Under the pieces are notes generated by a model, which was not told where the DNA came from, did not search any database, and saw nothing but the letters and a program-made list of their open reading frames with translations. The translations under genes and the position numbers were made by a program. From the sequence record MW812342.1: DNA of 64,000 nt. The stretch is one strand, 5' to 3'. Below, in pieces: positions 17,252-25,432 of the stretch. Within the stretch, counting starts at the first letter, position 1. Every line of letters begins with the position of its first letter.

Positions 17252-17911
17252 ATGTCATTTCTTGACACCATTGATGAACTGGAACGGGGTGAAGAAGAAG
17301 GTGTCATGAAAGTGGCACGGGAATCTATCTCGACCGAAACTGAGAAAGAGTATTGTCTTTGGGTGAAGCCAACCGAAGAAGGCTGGAACTGGTTACGTGA
17401 GCAGCAGGGGTCGATGTATATTGATACCCTGATGCCCATTAACCGGGGCAAGCGTCGCGTGCGGTTAACCGAAGACCATAAAGCCGTGCTGACCGTGAAG
17501 CGTTTTGCCGATGAAGGGTGTATCGAAGAAAACTCCGATATTGGGTTTGACACGGCGCTCACCTTTTATCAGGACGACTTCGTGTCGCATTTGGTCAAAC
17601 GCATCCATTTACCTGCGGGTGAGTTAGAAGTCAAGGGTGGTAAGCACTGGGACATCGACGTGTTCTATCGCGCCGGTGGACATCCCCAATTGCTGAGCAC
17701 CGACGACTACGATGCGCTGCTTAACACCATGAAGCAAGGTAGCTCGTATGGCGAATGGGTGAAGGTCGAGTTGGAAGTTGAGCGGTTTGAAATGGAATCG
17801 ATTCGCGAACATATCCCGTTCGCGGTTGAGGACGTCATTCCCTCACGCCCAACGAAGCCGGAAGACCAGGAGTTCATTCGTAACTACTGGGACGTGGAAA
17901 CACGTCTGTAA
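17252..17911 (+). CDS. CYTH-domain (triphosphate tunnel metalloenzyme) protein
   Basis: N-terminal ExExEY (TETEKEY), RVR, LTVK, IEE, WDIDVF and C-terminal VELEV motifs. Confidence 0.8.
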   Translation: MSFLDTIDELERGEEEGVMKVARESISTETEKEYCLWVKPTEEGWNWLREQQGSMYIDTLMPINRGKRRVRLTEDHKAVLTVKRFADEGCIEENSDIGFDTALTFYQDDFVSHLVKRIHLPAGELEVKGGKHWDIDVFYRAGGHPQLLSTDDYDALLNTMKQGSSYGEWVKVELEVERFEMESIREHIPFAVEDVIPSRPTKPEDQEFIRNYWDVETRL

Positions 17912-17917
17912 TAGATG

Positions 17918-17950
17918 ACCACTCCTTCGGGAGTGGTTTTCTTTTTTCTT
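17918..17950 (+). terminator. Intrinsic terminator, UUCG loop
   Basis: ACCACTCC-TTCG-GGAGTGGT followed by a T-rich tract. Confidence 0.85.
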
Positions 17951-17978
17951 TTTACGCCATGATGGCTAACTATGTAGA
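17948..17978 (+). promoter_or_regulatory. Putative middle-class phage promoter CTTTTTACG-N14-TATGTAGA
   Basis: Identical boxes and spacing to 9431-9461; heads the thyA operon. Confidence 0.7.
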
Positions 17979-17998
17979 AATCCTAAGGAATAACTAAA

Positions 17999-18427
17999 AT
18001 GAATACACTGTCTTTCGAAGCGGGTAAAGGGTTAAGCGTTAACGGCCATCTGGTACCGGATACCAACAACCACCATTTTGAGAAGCTCTATCGCCGTATC
18101 GGCGTGGGGCGCAAGGTCAACCTGAAAGTCACCAACGAGATTGCCCTCAATGGCAACGTGGCGGACTTAGGGCCGATGTATGGCTTCCGCCCAAGCCAAG
18201 ATGCTGCGGCTGCGCTGTTGCAACACGGAGAGTTCAGCAGCGGCGTGTACGCGTTCCGTTTACTCGGTTCGCTGCGCCGTGTGTCGAACAAACACGTTGG
18301 TCAGGGCATGACACCCACCGTTTTACAATCCGGCGAAATTATCGTCCTCGTACATTCCAATCACGAACACGCTTCGGGCTTGGATTTCATGATTAGCTAT
18401 TCCGAAGTGGAGAGTGCAGATGTCTGA
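17999..18427 (+). CDS. Hypothetical protein
   Basis: 142-aa ORF, RBS TAAGGA. Confidence 0.8.
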   Translation: MNTLSFEAGKGLSVNGHLVPDTNNHHFEKLYRRIGVGRKVNLKVTNEIALNGNVADLGPMYGFRPSQDAAAALLQHGEFSSGVYAFRLLGSLRRVSNKHVGQGMTPTVLQSGEIIVLVHSNHEHASGLDFMISYSEVESADV

Positions 18428-19283
18428 TAGAACTTACCCTGTCTTAAACAACTTTGAACGTGTCGATGCATGGAACACCGAATCCGACATTTATCGCCAC
18501 GGTAATGTTCATCACCAATCTCTGAAAATGTACCGCCATCTCGGCGAACTGTGCGAAGGTGTCCAGAAGATGAAGCAGCTGGATGTGGCCTCAGCGATGG
18601 GCAAGTTTGTGGTAGCACTGGTCGGGGTTGCCTCCTTCGCAGGTATCGACGCACAGGAGCTAGATGAGCTTTACAGCTACGCGGGCAGAAAGGCTACCGC
18701 ATGTACCCCAGCACAGGCTGCGTGCAATCTGGTGCGTTCTACGACGTCTATGGTTAATGATATCAACCAGTGGCTGTCACCTGCCGGTACACAGATGGCG
18801 AGAGCCATTGCAACATCTTCCATTTGCGAAGTTTTCTGTCTGTTGAAGCAAAATGCTTCAATCAATGCGGTTGTTCTAGACCGCACCATTGAGAACGCCA
18901 CTAATACCCTTTGTGCAAAAAGGGGCAAGATGGATGAATTTGGCATTTTCCATCCCGAAGAAGCTAAGTTTGTGGGCCGGTCTTCCGGAGAGTGGGCTTA
19001 CCTTGCCATTTCCAAAGGGCTGGAATCACGCTTTGCTGAACTCAATGCGCGCTTTCAGTACGAAAACCTAACTGGCGACCTCACCGAAGTTATCGGCCAG
19101 GAAATGAATAACAAACTCAACGAGTTGTTAGAAAAACATGTTCGAATGAAGACCGAGTTAAAGCATCATCTCACTGGCCTCAATCCATCTATTGAGGTGA
19201 CTCGAAATGCCGGTGTGGTCAATATCGTAATGAACAGCGATCTGTACCAATTACTTGCTGTATTAGGAAAGGTAAAAGACTGA
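18420..19283 (+). CDS. MazG-like NTP-pyrophosphohydrolase paralog with degenerate active site plus C-terminal domain
   Basis: Aligns by eye to 22748-23581 (W..E..I...G....Q..K.Y...GE...GV.K...; R/KG.....G.F..E) but the metal-binding acidic residues are replaced. Confidence 0.6.
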   Translation: MSDRTYPVLNNFERVDAWNTESDIYRHGNVHHQSLKMYRHLGELCEGVQKMKQLDVASAMGKFVVALVGVASFAGIDAQELDELYSYAGRKATACTPAQAACNLVRSTTSMVNDINQWLSPAGTQMARAIATSSICEVFCLLKQNASINAVVLDRTIENATNTLCAKRGKMDEFGIFHPEEAKFVGRSSGEWAYLAISKGLESRFAELNARFQYENLTGDLTEVIGQEMNNKLNELLEKHVRMKTELKHHLTGLNPSIEVTRNAGVVNIVMNSDLYQLLAVLGKVKD

Positions 19284-20338
19284 TGAAACAGTATTTAGAG
19301 TTAATCCATACGGTGTTGAATGAAGGTCATGAGAAGGCTGACCGTACCGGCACGGGCACCATTTCTATCTTTGGCCACCAGATGCGTTTTGACCTGCGTA
19401 AGGGATTCCCGCTGGTCACGACCAAAAAGCTGCATCTGCGCTCTATCATCCACGAACTGTTGTGGTTCCTGAAAGGCGATACGAACATCCAGTATCTGAA
19501 GGACAACAACGTCAGTATCTGGGATGAGTGGGCCGACGAAAACGGTGATCTTGGTCCGGTCTATGGTAAGCAGTGGCGTGAATGGAACGCGGACAAAATG
19601 GTGTCGATTGACGACATTAATCTTCGCCAGCATCTGGAAGATGAAGGGTACGTTGAACGCGACATGATGTCTATCGAGGGTGAGCATTATTTCCTGTACA
19701 CCAAGGTCATTGACCAGATTCAAACCGTCATCGACCAACTGCGTAACGATCCCGACAGTCGCCGTATCATCGTCAGTGCGTGGAACGTGGGTGAGCTGGA
19801 CCAGATGGCTCTAGCGCCGTGTCATTCTTTCTTTCAGTTCTATTCTCGTCCAATGATGGGTAAAGAGCTGGATAGTTATTTGGCCAAATACCTTAAAACC
19901 GACGCTCGATTGGCTGCGAAACATGCCGAACAGGTTGCCCTTTGTGAAGCCGATCCAGAAGGGAGTCACGTCAGTGCTCACATGTTCTGCCTGACCAATG
20001 ATATCCCAACGCGGGTGCTGTCCTGCCAGCTCTATCAGCGCAGTGCAGATGTCTTCCTCGGCGTGCCGTTCAACATCGCTTCCTACGCACTGCTGGTTCA
20101 CATGGTGGCACAGCAAGTGGGCATGGTAGCGGGCGATTTCATCTGGACGGGTGGTGATACCCATCTGTACAAGAACCATCTGGAGCAGGCCACATTGCAG
20201 CTTTCCCGTGTGCCGCACGATCTGCCGAAGCTTGTCATCAAAAACAAACCCGACACTATCTTCGACTATAAGTTTGAAGATTTTGAAATCGTGGGTTATG
20301 AAAGTCACCCGGCGATTAAGGCACCCGTTGCCATCTAA
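19283..20338 (+). CDS. thyA: Thymidylate synthase
   Basis: DRTGTGT, PLVTTK, ALAPCH (catalytic Cys), [34 protein letters not shown]-terminus; two large insertions. Confidence 0.98.
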   Translation: MKQYLELIHTVLNEGHEKADRTGTGTISIFGHQMRFDLRKGFPLVTTKKLHLRSIIHELLWFLKGDTNIQYLKDNNVSIWDEWADENGDLGPVYGKQWREWNADKMVSIDDINLRQHLEDEGYVERDMMSIEGEHYFLYTKVIDQIQTVIDQLRNDPDSRRIIVSAWNVGELDQMALAPCHSFFQFYSRPMMGKELDSYLAKYLKTDARLAAKHAEQVALCEADPEGSHVSAHMFCLTNDIPTRVLSCQLYQRSADVFLGVPFNIASYALLVHMVAQQVGMVAGDFIWTGGDTHLYKNHLEQATLQLSRVPHDLPKLVIKNKPDTIFDYKFEDFEIVGYESHPAIKAPVAI

Positions 20339-20347
20339 GGAGCACGT

Positions 20348-20848
20348 ATGACCGACAACGTACTGAAGTTTCCCGGCAAACCGAATGCTCACCCAGTCGT
20401 TGTCGCGCCTCGTGAGCATCGTGCCCATTTTCCCATTCAGGCCCGTAACGGGAATGTGGGTTCGTTTACAGTACCGGCGTGTGATATGTATTGGTGGGCA
20501 GCAATTTACGAACAGGTTGCTGCTACCAACCCGTATTTCGAAAACGTCTTTTACTTTTACTCCGAACCTTACGGCTGGCAAAATCAATCCTTTACGAAAC
20601 GTAAGACGTCGTGTGAGTTGACGATTGACCGCCGAACTTTGATAGAGATTCTGAAAGCGGTGGCGTACACGCACATTCTGTCTCTTGATAGTTACCTGAA
20701 CGATGACGATTACGAATTAGTTCACGACAATGCTTTGATGGTATTGGGTGACGATTTGGAAATCGATTATGCGATGGGGATATTCATGTCCCCCACAACG
20801 AACCCTGACCGGTTCATCATTAATTTCGTGGAATGCCATAATGACTGA
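20348..20848 (+). CDS. Hypothetical protein
   Basis: 166-aa ORF, RBS TAAGGAG. Confidence 0.8.
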   Translation: MTDNVLKFPGKPNAHPVVVAPREHRAHFPIQARNGNVGSFTVPACDMYWWAAIYEQVAATNPYFENVFYFYSEPYGWQNQSFTKRKTSCELTIDRRTLIEILKAVAYTHILSLDSYLNDDDYELVHDNALMVLGDDLEIDYAMGIFMSPTTNPDRFIINFVECHND

Positions 20849-21716
20849 CAAGCAAAACACCCTGTACTTCTTCTCTGACCGCTTCTACACCATGCCGGGC
20901 GACAGCTATAGCTTTGGTATCGTGGCAGCGAAAGACACCGCTGAAGCCAAACTGATGTTGGGCACCGAGCTGGTCGATGGTTTGCCGTTGGGTAAAACCG
21001 ACGTGAGTGGTCAGGTTCTGTGTGCTGAAGAAATTCGCCACATCGATCCGCGTACCGACAGCGTCGCGAAAACCGTCACCGCTGAGCTGTGGAAACTGAA
21101 TGACGGTGTGGACGTTTCCGAGCGGGTGAAATACCTGCGCGAAACCATTTCGAAAATGCAGGGTATTGATTGCAGCAATCTGGAAGTTGACTTCACGCGC
21201 TGTCTGCGTATTCCGGGCGGTTGCACCAGTACCGGCAGCGACCTGTGGCGTGTGATGGTGAAGCACCCAGACTTCCCGAACACCGTACCGATCATGTTGT
21301 CTGCACAAGGCGACGGTTCCATCACCGGTAACGACGACGTTAACTTCACCAAACTCGGTGAGAGCGAGGAATACACCTACCACGAAAACGTAGACCGTGT
21401 TCTGACGCCTGAGTGGCTGTTACTGGACTTGCTGGAACAACACGGCCTGACCCCAGAAGACTGGTACGTTATCGCCGGTACAGCGCGCGCAGCGGCGTAT
21501 AGTGCCACTCCTGTTGATGGCTGGGAAGAAGTGGACGAAGTGTACGGACAGAACGAAAGCGCGCACGTCATTCGCTTCTGGCTGAACCCAGACTGGCAGA
21601 ACCTGATTGTGGCTGCGGTGGCAAAAGTGGTTGAATCCATGCCAAAAGAACCGCTGCCAGAAAACCTCGCTGAAGAACTGGCGGGATCTGAATCTGCGGA
21701 CGAAGCCGCAGAGTAA
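20841..21716 (+). CDS. Hypothetical acidic protein
   Basis: Start 20841 overlaps the upstream stop; N-terminal segment shared with 23614. Confidence 0.75.
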   Translation: MTDKQNTLYFFSDRFYTMPGDSYSFGIVAAKDTAEAKLMLGTELVDGLPLGKTDVSGQVLCAEEIRHIDPRTDSVAKTVTAELWKLNDGVDVSERVKYLRETISKMQGIDCSNLEVDFTRCLRIPGGCTSTGSDLWRVMVKHPDFPNTVPIMLSAQGDGSITGNDDVNFTKLGESEEYTYHENVDRVLTPEWLLLDLLEQHGLTPEDWYVIAGTARAAAYSATPVDGWEEVDEVYGQNESAHVIRFWLNPDWQNLIVAAVAKVVESMPKEPLPENLAEELAGSESADEAAE

Positions 21717-21738
21717 CTTAACGATAAAGGTGAATAAA

Positions 21739-22191
21739 GTGTCTAAGACTCTAATCAACTATGATTTAGTAGTGCAAGAACTCTCCAAAGGACTGGTTGC
21801 GTTAGACAGCAGAACTGCTATTGATTGCCACATGTTACCCCATATCGCACTAAGCGAGTTCCGCACCATCCGTTATGGAGCGGGACGGCAAAAAGGTGTA
21901 ACGGAAACTGCCGCGCAGCTGGCAGGGAAGCATAACGGTCCTGCTTTGGTGCTCACACACGCAGTCGTGCTACGGGATAGCTTTGTTGTACGCTACGCAG
22001 AAAGGTTCCCTGGTAAGAGCAACGCAACCGTTCATTGTGGTTATTTGCCTGAGAACTGGCGAACTGAAAAGTTTAGTCTCGTCGTTATTGATGAAGCGGG
22101 TTTCTTTTTCAAGAAATTTGGATACGACAAAATCTATCGGTCTCTGGTACCAGTGGTGACTGACGATGTGGTAATTCACCTTATTAACTGA
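21739..22191 (+). CDS. Small P-loop/terminase-ATPase-like protein with degenerate Walker A
   Basis: GTG start after AAAGGTG; GAGRQKGVT (Walker A-like) and LVVIDEAG (Walker B). Confidence 0.55.
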   Translation: MSKTLINYDLVVQELSKGLVALDSRTAIDCHMLPHIALSEFRTIRYGAGRQKGVTETAAQLAGKHNGPALVLTHAVVLRDSFVVRYAERFPGKSNATVHCGYLPENWRTEKFSLVVIDEAGFFFKKFGYDKIYRSLVPVVTDDVVIHLIN

Positions 22192-22199
22192 GGTTGCTG

Positions 22200-22529
22200 A
22201 TGCGTCAAATTGAAAACTTTGGGCGCGGTGAACCCACGCCTGCGCCGTGGGACGGTGAGGGACTTCCACCAGTTAACGAAATGGTGATGGTTTCAGCCAA
22301 CCAAGGTTACACATGGTTCCCAATTTGCTTATTGTGGATTGGCGAGAAATCTTTTGTCTGGCGTAATATGCAGAGTGTGGCTCATGAGGGGAATGAAATC
22401 TTCCACCAAGCCCACTACTCATGTTGGCTGTATCGTCCGTTCGTGGACGGTATGGAACGCCGTTCGTATCACCGTATTGAGGAAACAGACGATGTCTGGA
22501 AAAGATTTAAGTTCACATCTGAAGCCTGA
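22200..22529 (+). CDS. Hypothetical protein
   Basis: RBS GAGGT, ATG 22200; W..EGLPP.G/N-type phage N-terminal motif. Confidence 0.7.
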   Translation: MRQIENFGRGEPTPAPWDGEGLPPVNEMVMVSANQGYTWFPICLLWIGEKSFVWRNMQSVAHEGNEIFHQAHYSCWLYRPFVDGMERRSYHRIEETDDVWKRFKFTSEA

Positions 22530-22692
22530 GGGCGCACTGTCAGAAACCATCGCAGAACATAACCGTCAGGTTGATGAGATGGATTTGTTTAACGGTGACG
22601 TGCCGGGCGTTGGCGATGATGTGTTTGTCGAAGGCGGCGCTGATGTAGGTGCCGAAGACGACAACTGTGCAGGCGGTGCCTGCAAAATTTAA
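22492..22692 (+). CDS. 66-aa acidic micro-protein ending in an NrdA-like redox tail (DDNCAGGACKI)
   Basis: RBS GAGGA at 22479-22483, ATG 22492 (in frame with track ORF 22339-22692), followed immediately by a terminator. Confidence 0.75.
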   Translation: MSGKDLSSHLKPEGALSETIAEHNRQVDEMDLFNGDVPGVGDDVFVEGGADVGAEDDNCAGGACKI

Positions 22693-22699
22693 CAAGAGC

Positions 22700-22733
22700 G
22701 GGTGTCCTTATGGACACCCCTATTTCATTTTTT
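22700..22733 (+). terminator. Intrinsic terminator ending the thyA operon
   Basis: GGGTGTCC-TTAT-GGACACCC followed by a T-rich tract. Confidence 0.8.
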
Positions 22734-22747
22734 AAGGACTATCAGAA

Positions 22748-23581
22748 ATGCAACAGACTTTTGAGTTACCGATTGAGCATAAATCCATTATCCTGAACGG
22801 CGCGGTCATCGACTTCGTCATGCCGCAGCTGGCAGTAATCGGTAAGCGCATGTCCCGCATCACTCGTCTGGCACTCAGCAGCGAGAGTCCATTGACACTG
22901 GTTAACGGCTTTACCTTCGAAGGTGAACCTGCTGAGTTCCATGCACCATTGCGTTACCACACCAGTCTGGATTTCCACAAAGAGCCCGTCTTCCATAACC
23001 GTACCGTGCCGCTCTATCGCGTGTCGCAGTGTGTGGCCAAAGTCATCGGTTGGTCAACTGACCGCGGTATTCTGGAAAACGGCCGTTGGGACTCGCAGGG
23101 TACCAAGCTGTATGAAGAAGACGGCGAAGCAGCCACCGGCGTGGGTAAAAACAAAAAGCGTCTGATAATCGACGGCATCGGTGATGCGCTGGTTGTGCTG
23201 GTCAACGTACTGGAATTGACCAGCATCGATGCGGCAGAAATTGCCCACATCTATCAGTTGGTGCGCGACACCAAAACTGTGGTGGACAACCCGCACTACC
23301 ATTTCCACAAAATGCGTAAGAACCTGACCGAAGTGGTGGATGTGGTTTACGAATGCGAAGCCATCGATTCACCGAAGAAAGTCGAAATCGGCCGCTTAAC
23401 GCACGACGAGCGTCAGCAGATGTTGGGTCATGCCCAGCAGGCGATTCACCACGCTAACCAACTGGCCCGCCATTACGATTACTCGCTCGACGAGTGCTTC
23501 TCTCTGGCGTGGGATGAAATCAAAGACCGTAAAGGTTTCCTGAACGCCGACGGCGTGTTCATCAAAGAAGCCGACGCTTAA
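22748..23581 (+). CDS. MazG-like nucleotide pyrophosphohydrolase
   Basis: KLYEEDGEA...IIDGIGDALVVL (EE..E / D..GD metal-binding motif) and C-terminal AWDEIKDRKG...DGVFIKE typical of phage MazG-like proteins. Confidence 0.85.
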   Translation: MQQTFELPIEHKSIILNGAVIDFVMPQLAVIGKRMSRITRLALSSESPLTLVNGFTFEGEPAEFHAPLRYHTSLDFHKEPVFHNRTVPLYRVSQCVAKVIGWSTDRGILENGRWDSQGTKLYEEDGEAATGVGKNKKRLIIDGIGDALVVLVNVLELTSIDAAEIAHIYQLVRDTKTVVDNPHYHFHKMRKNLTEVVDVVYECEAIDSPKKVEIGRLTHDERQQMLGHAQQAIHHANQLARHYDYSLDECFSLAWDEIKDRKGFLNADGVFIKEADA

Positions 23582-23613
23582 TTCTCGTCCACTAACAATG
23601 CAGGAGTAGGACA

Positions 23614-24468
23614 ATGGAATACCAATTATTTCTCATCACGAACGACTTCACCAAATCCTTTGTGGATGAATCGTTTCATGCCACGGTTGTCGCACCGACA
23701 GAAGCGGCAGCGCGTTGGATTGTTGCTCAACAGTGTACTGACCTTCCGATGGAAGAAGTGCGTACTGCGGCAGCTTTTGCAGTGGGTAGCATCGAAGCCC
23801 CTGCCGAGGGAATAATTTCGTTCGAGTTCGGTCGTCGTAACCGTTTCCCGGTCGTCAGTCTCGACCCGTATAAACGTCGGGAAGAGTTCGTCGAAGTTGA
23901 GCTGCACGGTGGGATACAACCGGCGCACGGCATCAACCCGCCCGTGCCGGGTGCAGTGGTCAAATGCTTCGCGAGTCGCGAACATCCGCGTGTCGTGCTG
24001 ATCCGTTCGACCCTCAAGACCGATGTCGAAACGGTGATTGAACACGTTGGGGTGACGCAGGAAGCAACGTCGATTCAGTTGTATTCGGTACATGCGCCGA
24101 CCGCGTACAAAGAGGTAGCGAAAGGTGAGGTCTTCACGACCGAATACGTCAACCTCTTTGGCGTAGACGATTTGCTGCTCGCCCGCTCACTGATTATCCG
24201 TAATACTGAACTGGCGTACCAGAACAAACGGACTGAGGACGTCTTGCTCGAACTCCAATCTTTCCTTACGGAAAAGGGTGATCACAACAGCGGCGACGCG
24301 GGAATCAGTTTCTACCCCGGTCAGAAGCTGTCGGTTCCCGATTACGGCAAGATGTCACTTTGGGTCATGTCGTTACCGCAGGTCGTTACGCTCGATCGTA
24401 CGATTACGCAAGAGAGCCTCAAACCGATTCCGAATACTAACTGCCAAACCCTGAACACAGGAGAGTAG
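23614..24468 (+). CDS. Hypothetical protein
   Basis: 284 aa, RBS AGGAG; N-terminal segment resembles that of 20841. Confidence 0.8.
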   Translation: MEYQLFLITNDFTKSFVDESFHATVVAPTEAAARWIVAQQCTDLPMEEVRTAAAFAVGSIEAPAEGIISFEFGRRNRFPVVSLDPYKRREEFVEVELHGGIQPAHGINPPVPGAVVKCFASREHPRVVLIRSTLKTDVETVIEHVGVTQEATSIQLYSVHAPTAYKEVAKGEVFTTEYVNLFGVDDLLLARSLIIRNTELAYQNKRTEDVLLELQSFLTEKGDHNSGDAGISFYPGQKLSVPDYGKMSLWVMSLPQVVTLDRTITQESLKPIPNTNCQTLNTGE

Positions 24469-24469
24469 T

Positions 24470-24970
24470 ATGTTTGATGTGAACGTCGTCCCCCATGGGG
24501 ACGAGTTCGCAGTACAGATAAACGGCGTCACCATCTGTGTCTGCGACGAACAACGGGCTAACTTCTGGCGTTGCTGCACGAGCCCGGATAAAGTCTTCGT
24601 CAGCTGTGACCTCGGTATCTCGTTTGGGGAAGAACCGCTGCGGTTGTGCAAGTTCCGTATTACCGAAACGGAGATGCGCACGTTCCTCGGTCAGGTGCTC
24701 TACACGTACGATCATCTCGACCATGAGAACCGTGTGGGCTGGGTGGAAATCGACCCGACCATCATGCGGACATTGCGACAGGGTGCTGACGAGATTGTCG
24801 AGTCACAAAGCATGTGGCTTGATGAAGATGATGTGTACCCGAAAGGGGTGCCGTTTATCCTCATCCACCCTGAACGCAACAGCCGTACCGGGGAAACCTT
24901 TATTGAGTTGATGTTCATCGAAATGCCGGAGGTTGATGATGTCGAAGAAAAAGAATCAGCTGACCTTTAA
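24470..24970 (+). CDS. Hypothetical protein
   Basis: 166 aa, RBS AGGAG. Confidence 0.8.
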   Translation: MFDVNVVPHGDEFAVQINGVTICVCDEQRANFWRCCTSPDKVFVSCDLGISFGEEPLRLCKFRITETEMRTFLGQVLYTYDHLDHENRVGWVEIDPTIMRTLRQGADEIVESQSMWLDEDDVYPKGVPFILIHPERNSRTGETFIELMFIEMPEVDDVEEKESADL

Positions 24971-25382
24971 CGCTGATAGTCAGACCATCAGTGTGAACGG
25001 CAAAAACTGGGGAAACCTCGGTTTGGCCGCATGGGTATTGGAGCGACTGGCTAACCGTTCTGCGCATTACGGTGGGTTGGATTTCGTTGTTATTGACACG
25101 CCCATCCAGTACGCGCCTTGGCAAAATTTCCATGCCATCGAAATGTACAGCGCGATTCCGAACATGATTGTGGCGAAAGTGTTGGCAGATGAGAACTACC
25201 GCGGTGGGTTTACGAACCACCACTTTGCGCTGACGTCCAGTCAGAAGTACGGCACGGCTGTCCCGCTGCTGAACAAAGTCCCGACGGACATCGGTGAGGA
25301 CGCTCTGGTCTTCTTCTTCTCGTATGACCATGCGGAACCGAACAGCGAGTTCCAGTGGACGATGCTGCATCAGATGCGTTAA
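24939..25382 (+). CDS. Hypothetical protein
   Basis: RBS GGAGG at 24928-24932; last gene before a bidirectional terminator. Confidence 0.75.
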   Translation: MSKKKNQLTFNADSQTISVNGKNWGNLGLAAWVLERLANRSAHYGGLDFVVIDTPIQYAPWQNFHAIEMYSAIPNMIVAKVLADENYRGGFTNHHFALTSSQKYGTAVPLLNKVPTDIGEDALVFFFSYDHAEPNSEFQWTMLHQMR

Positions 25383-25430
25383 ATAAAAAGCCTACCTACT
25401 CCCGAAGGAGTAGGTAGCTTTATTTTTTTT
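25380..25430. terminator. Bidirectional intrinsic terminator
   Basis: 51-bp exact copy of 8589-8639 between convergent genes. Confidence 0.9.
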
Positions 25431-25432
25431 GC

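Noticed and set aside
19811-20674. 287-aa minus-strand ORF, and similar ones at 10471-11082, 41313-42053, 55119-55775 and 56943-57749
   Set aside because: All lie antisense to well-supported genes (thyA, uvsX, head protein, baseplate, terminase) and lack independent RBS or motifs.
22339-22491. ORF-track start for a 117-aa version of the NrdA-tail protein
   Set aside because: It would overlap the 22200-22529 gene extensively and has no RBS; GAGGA plus ATG 22492 is the better start.
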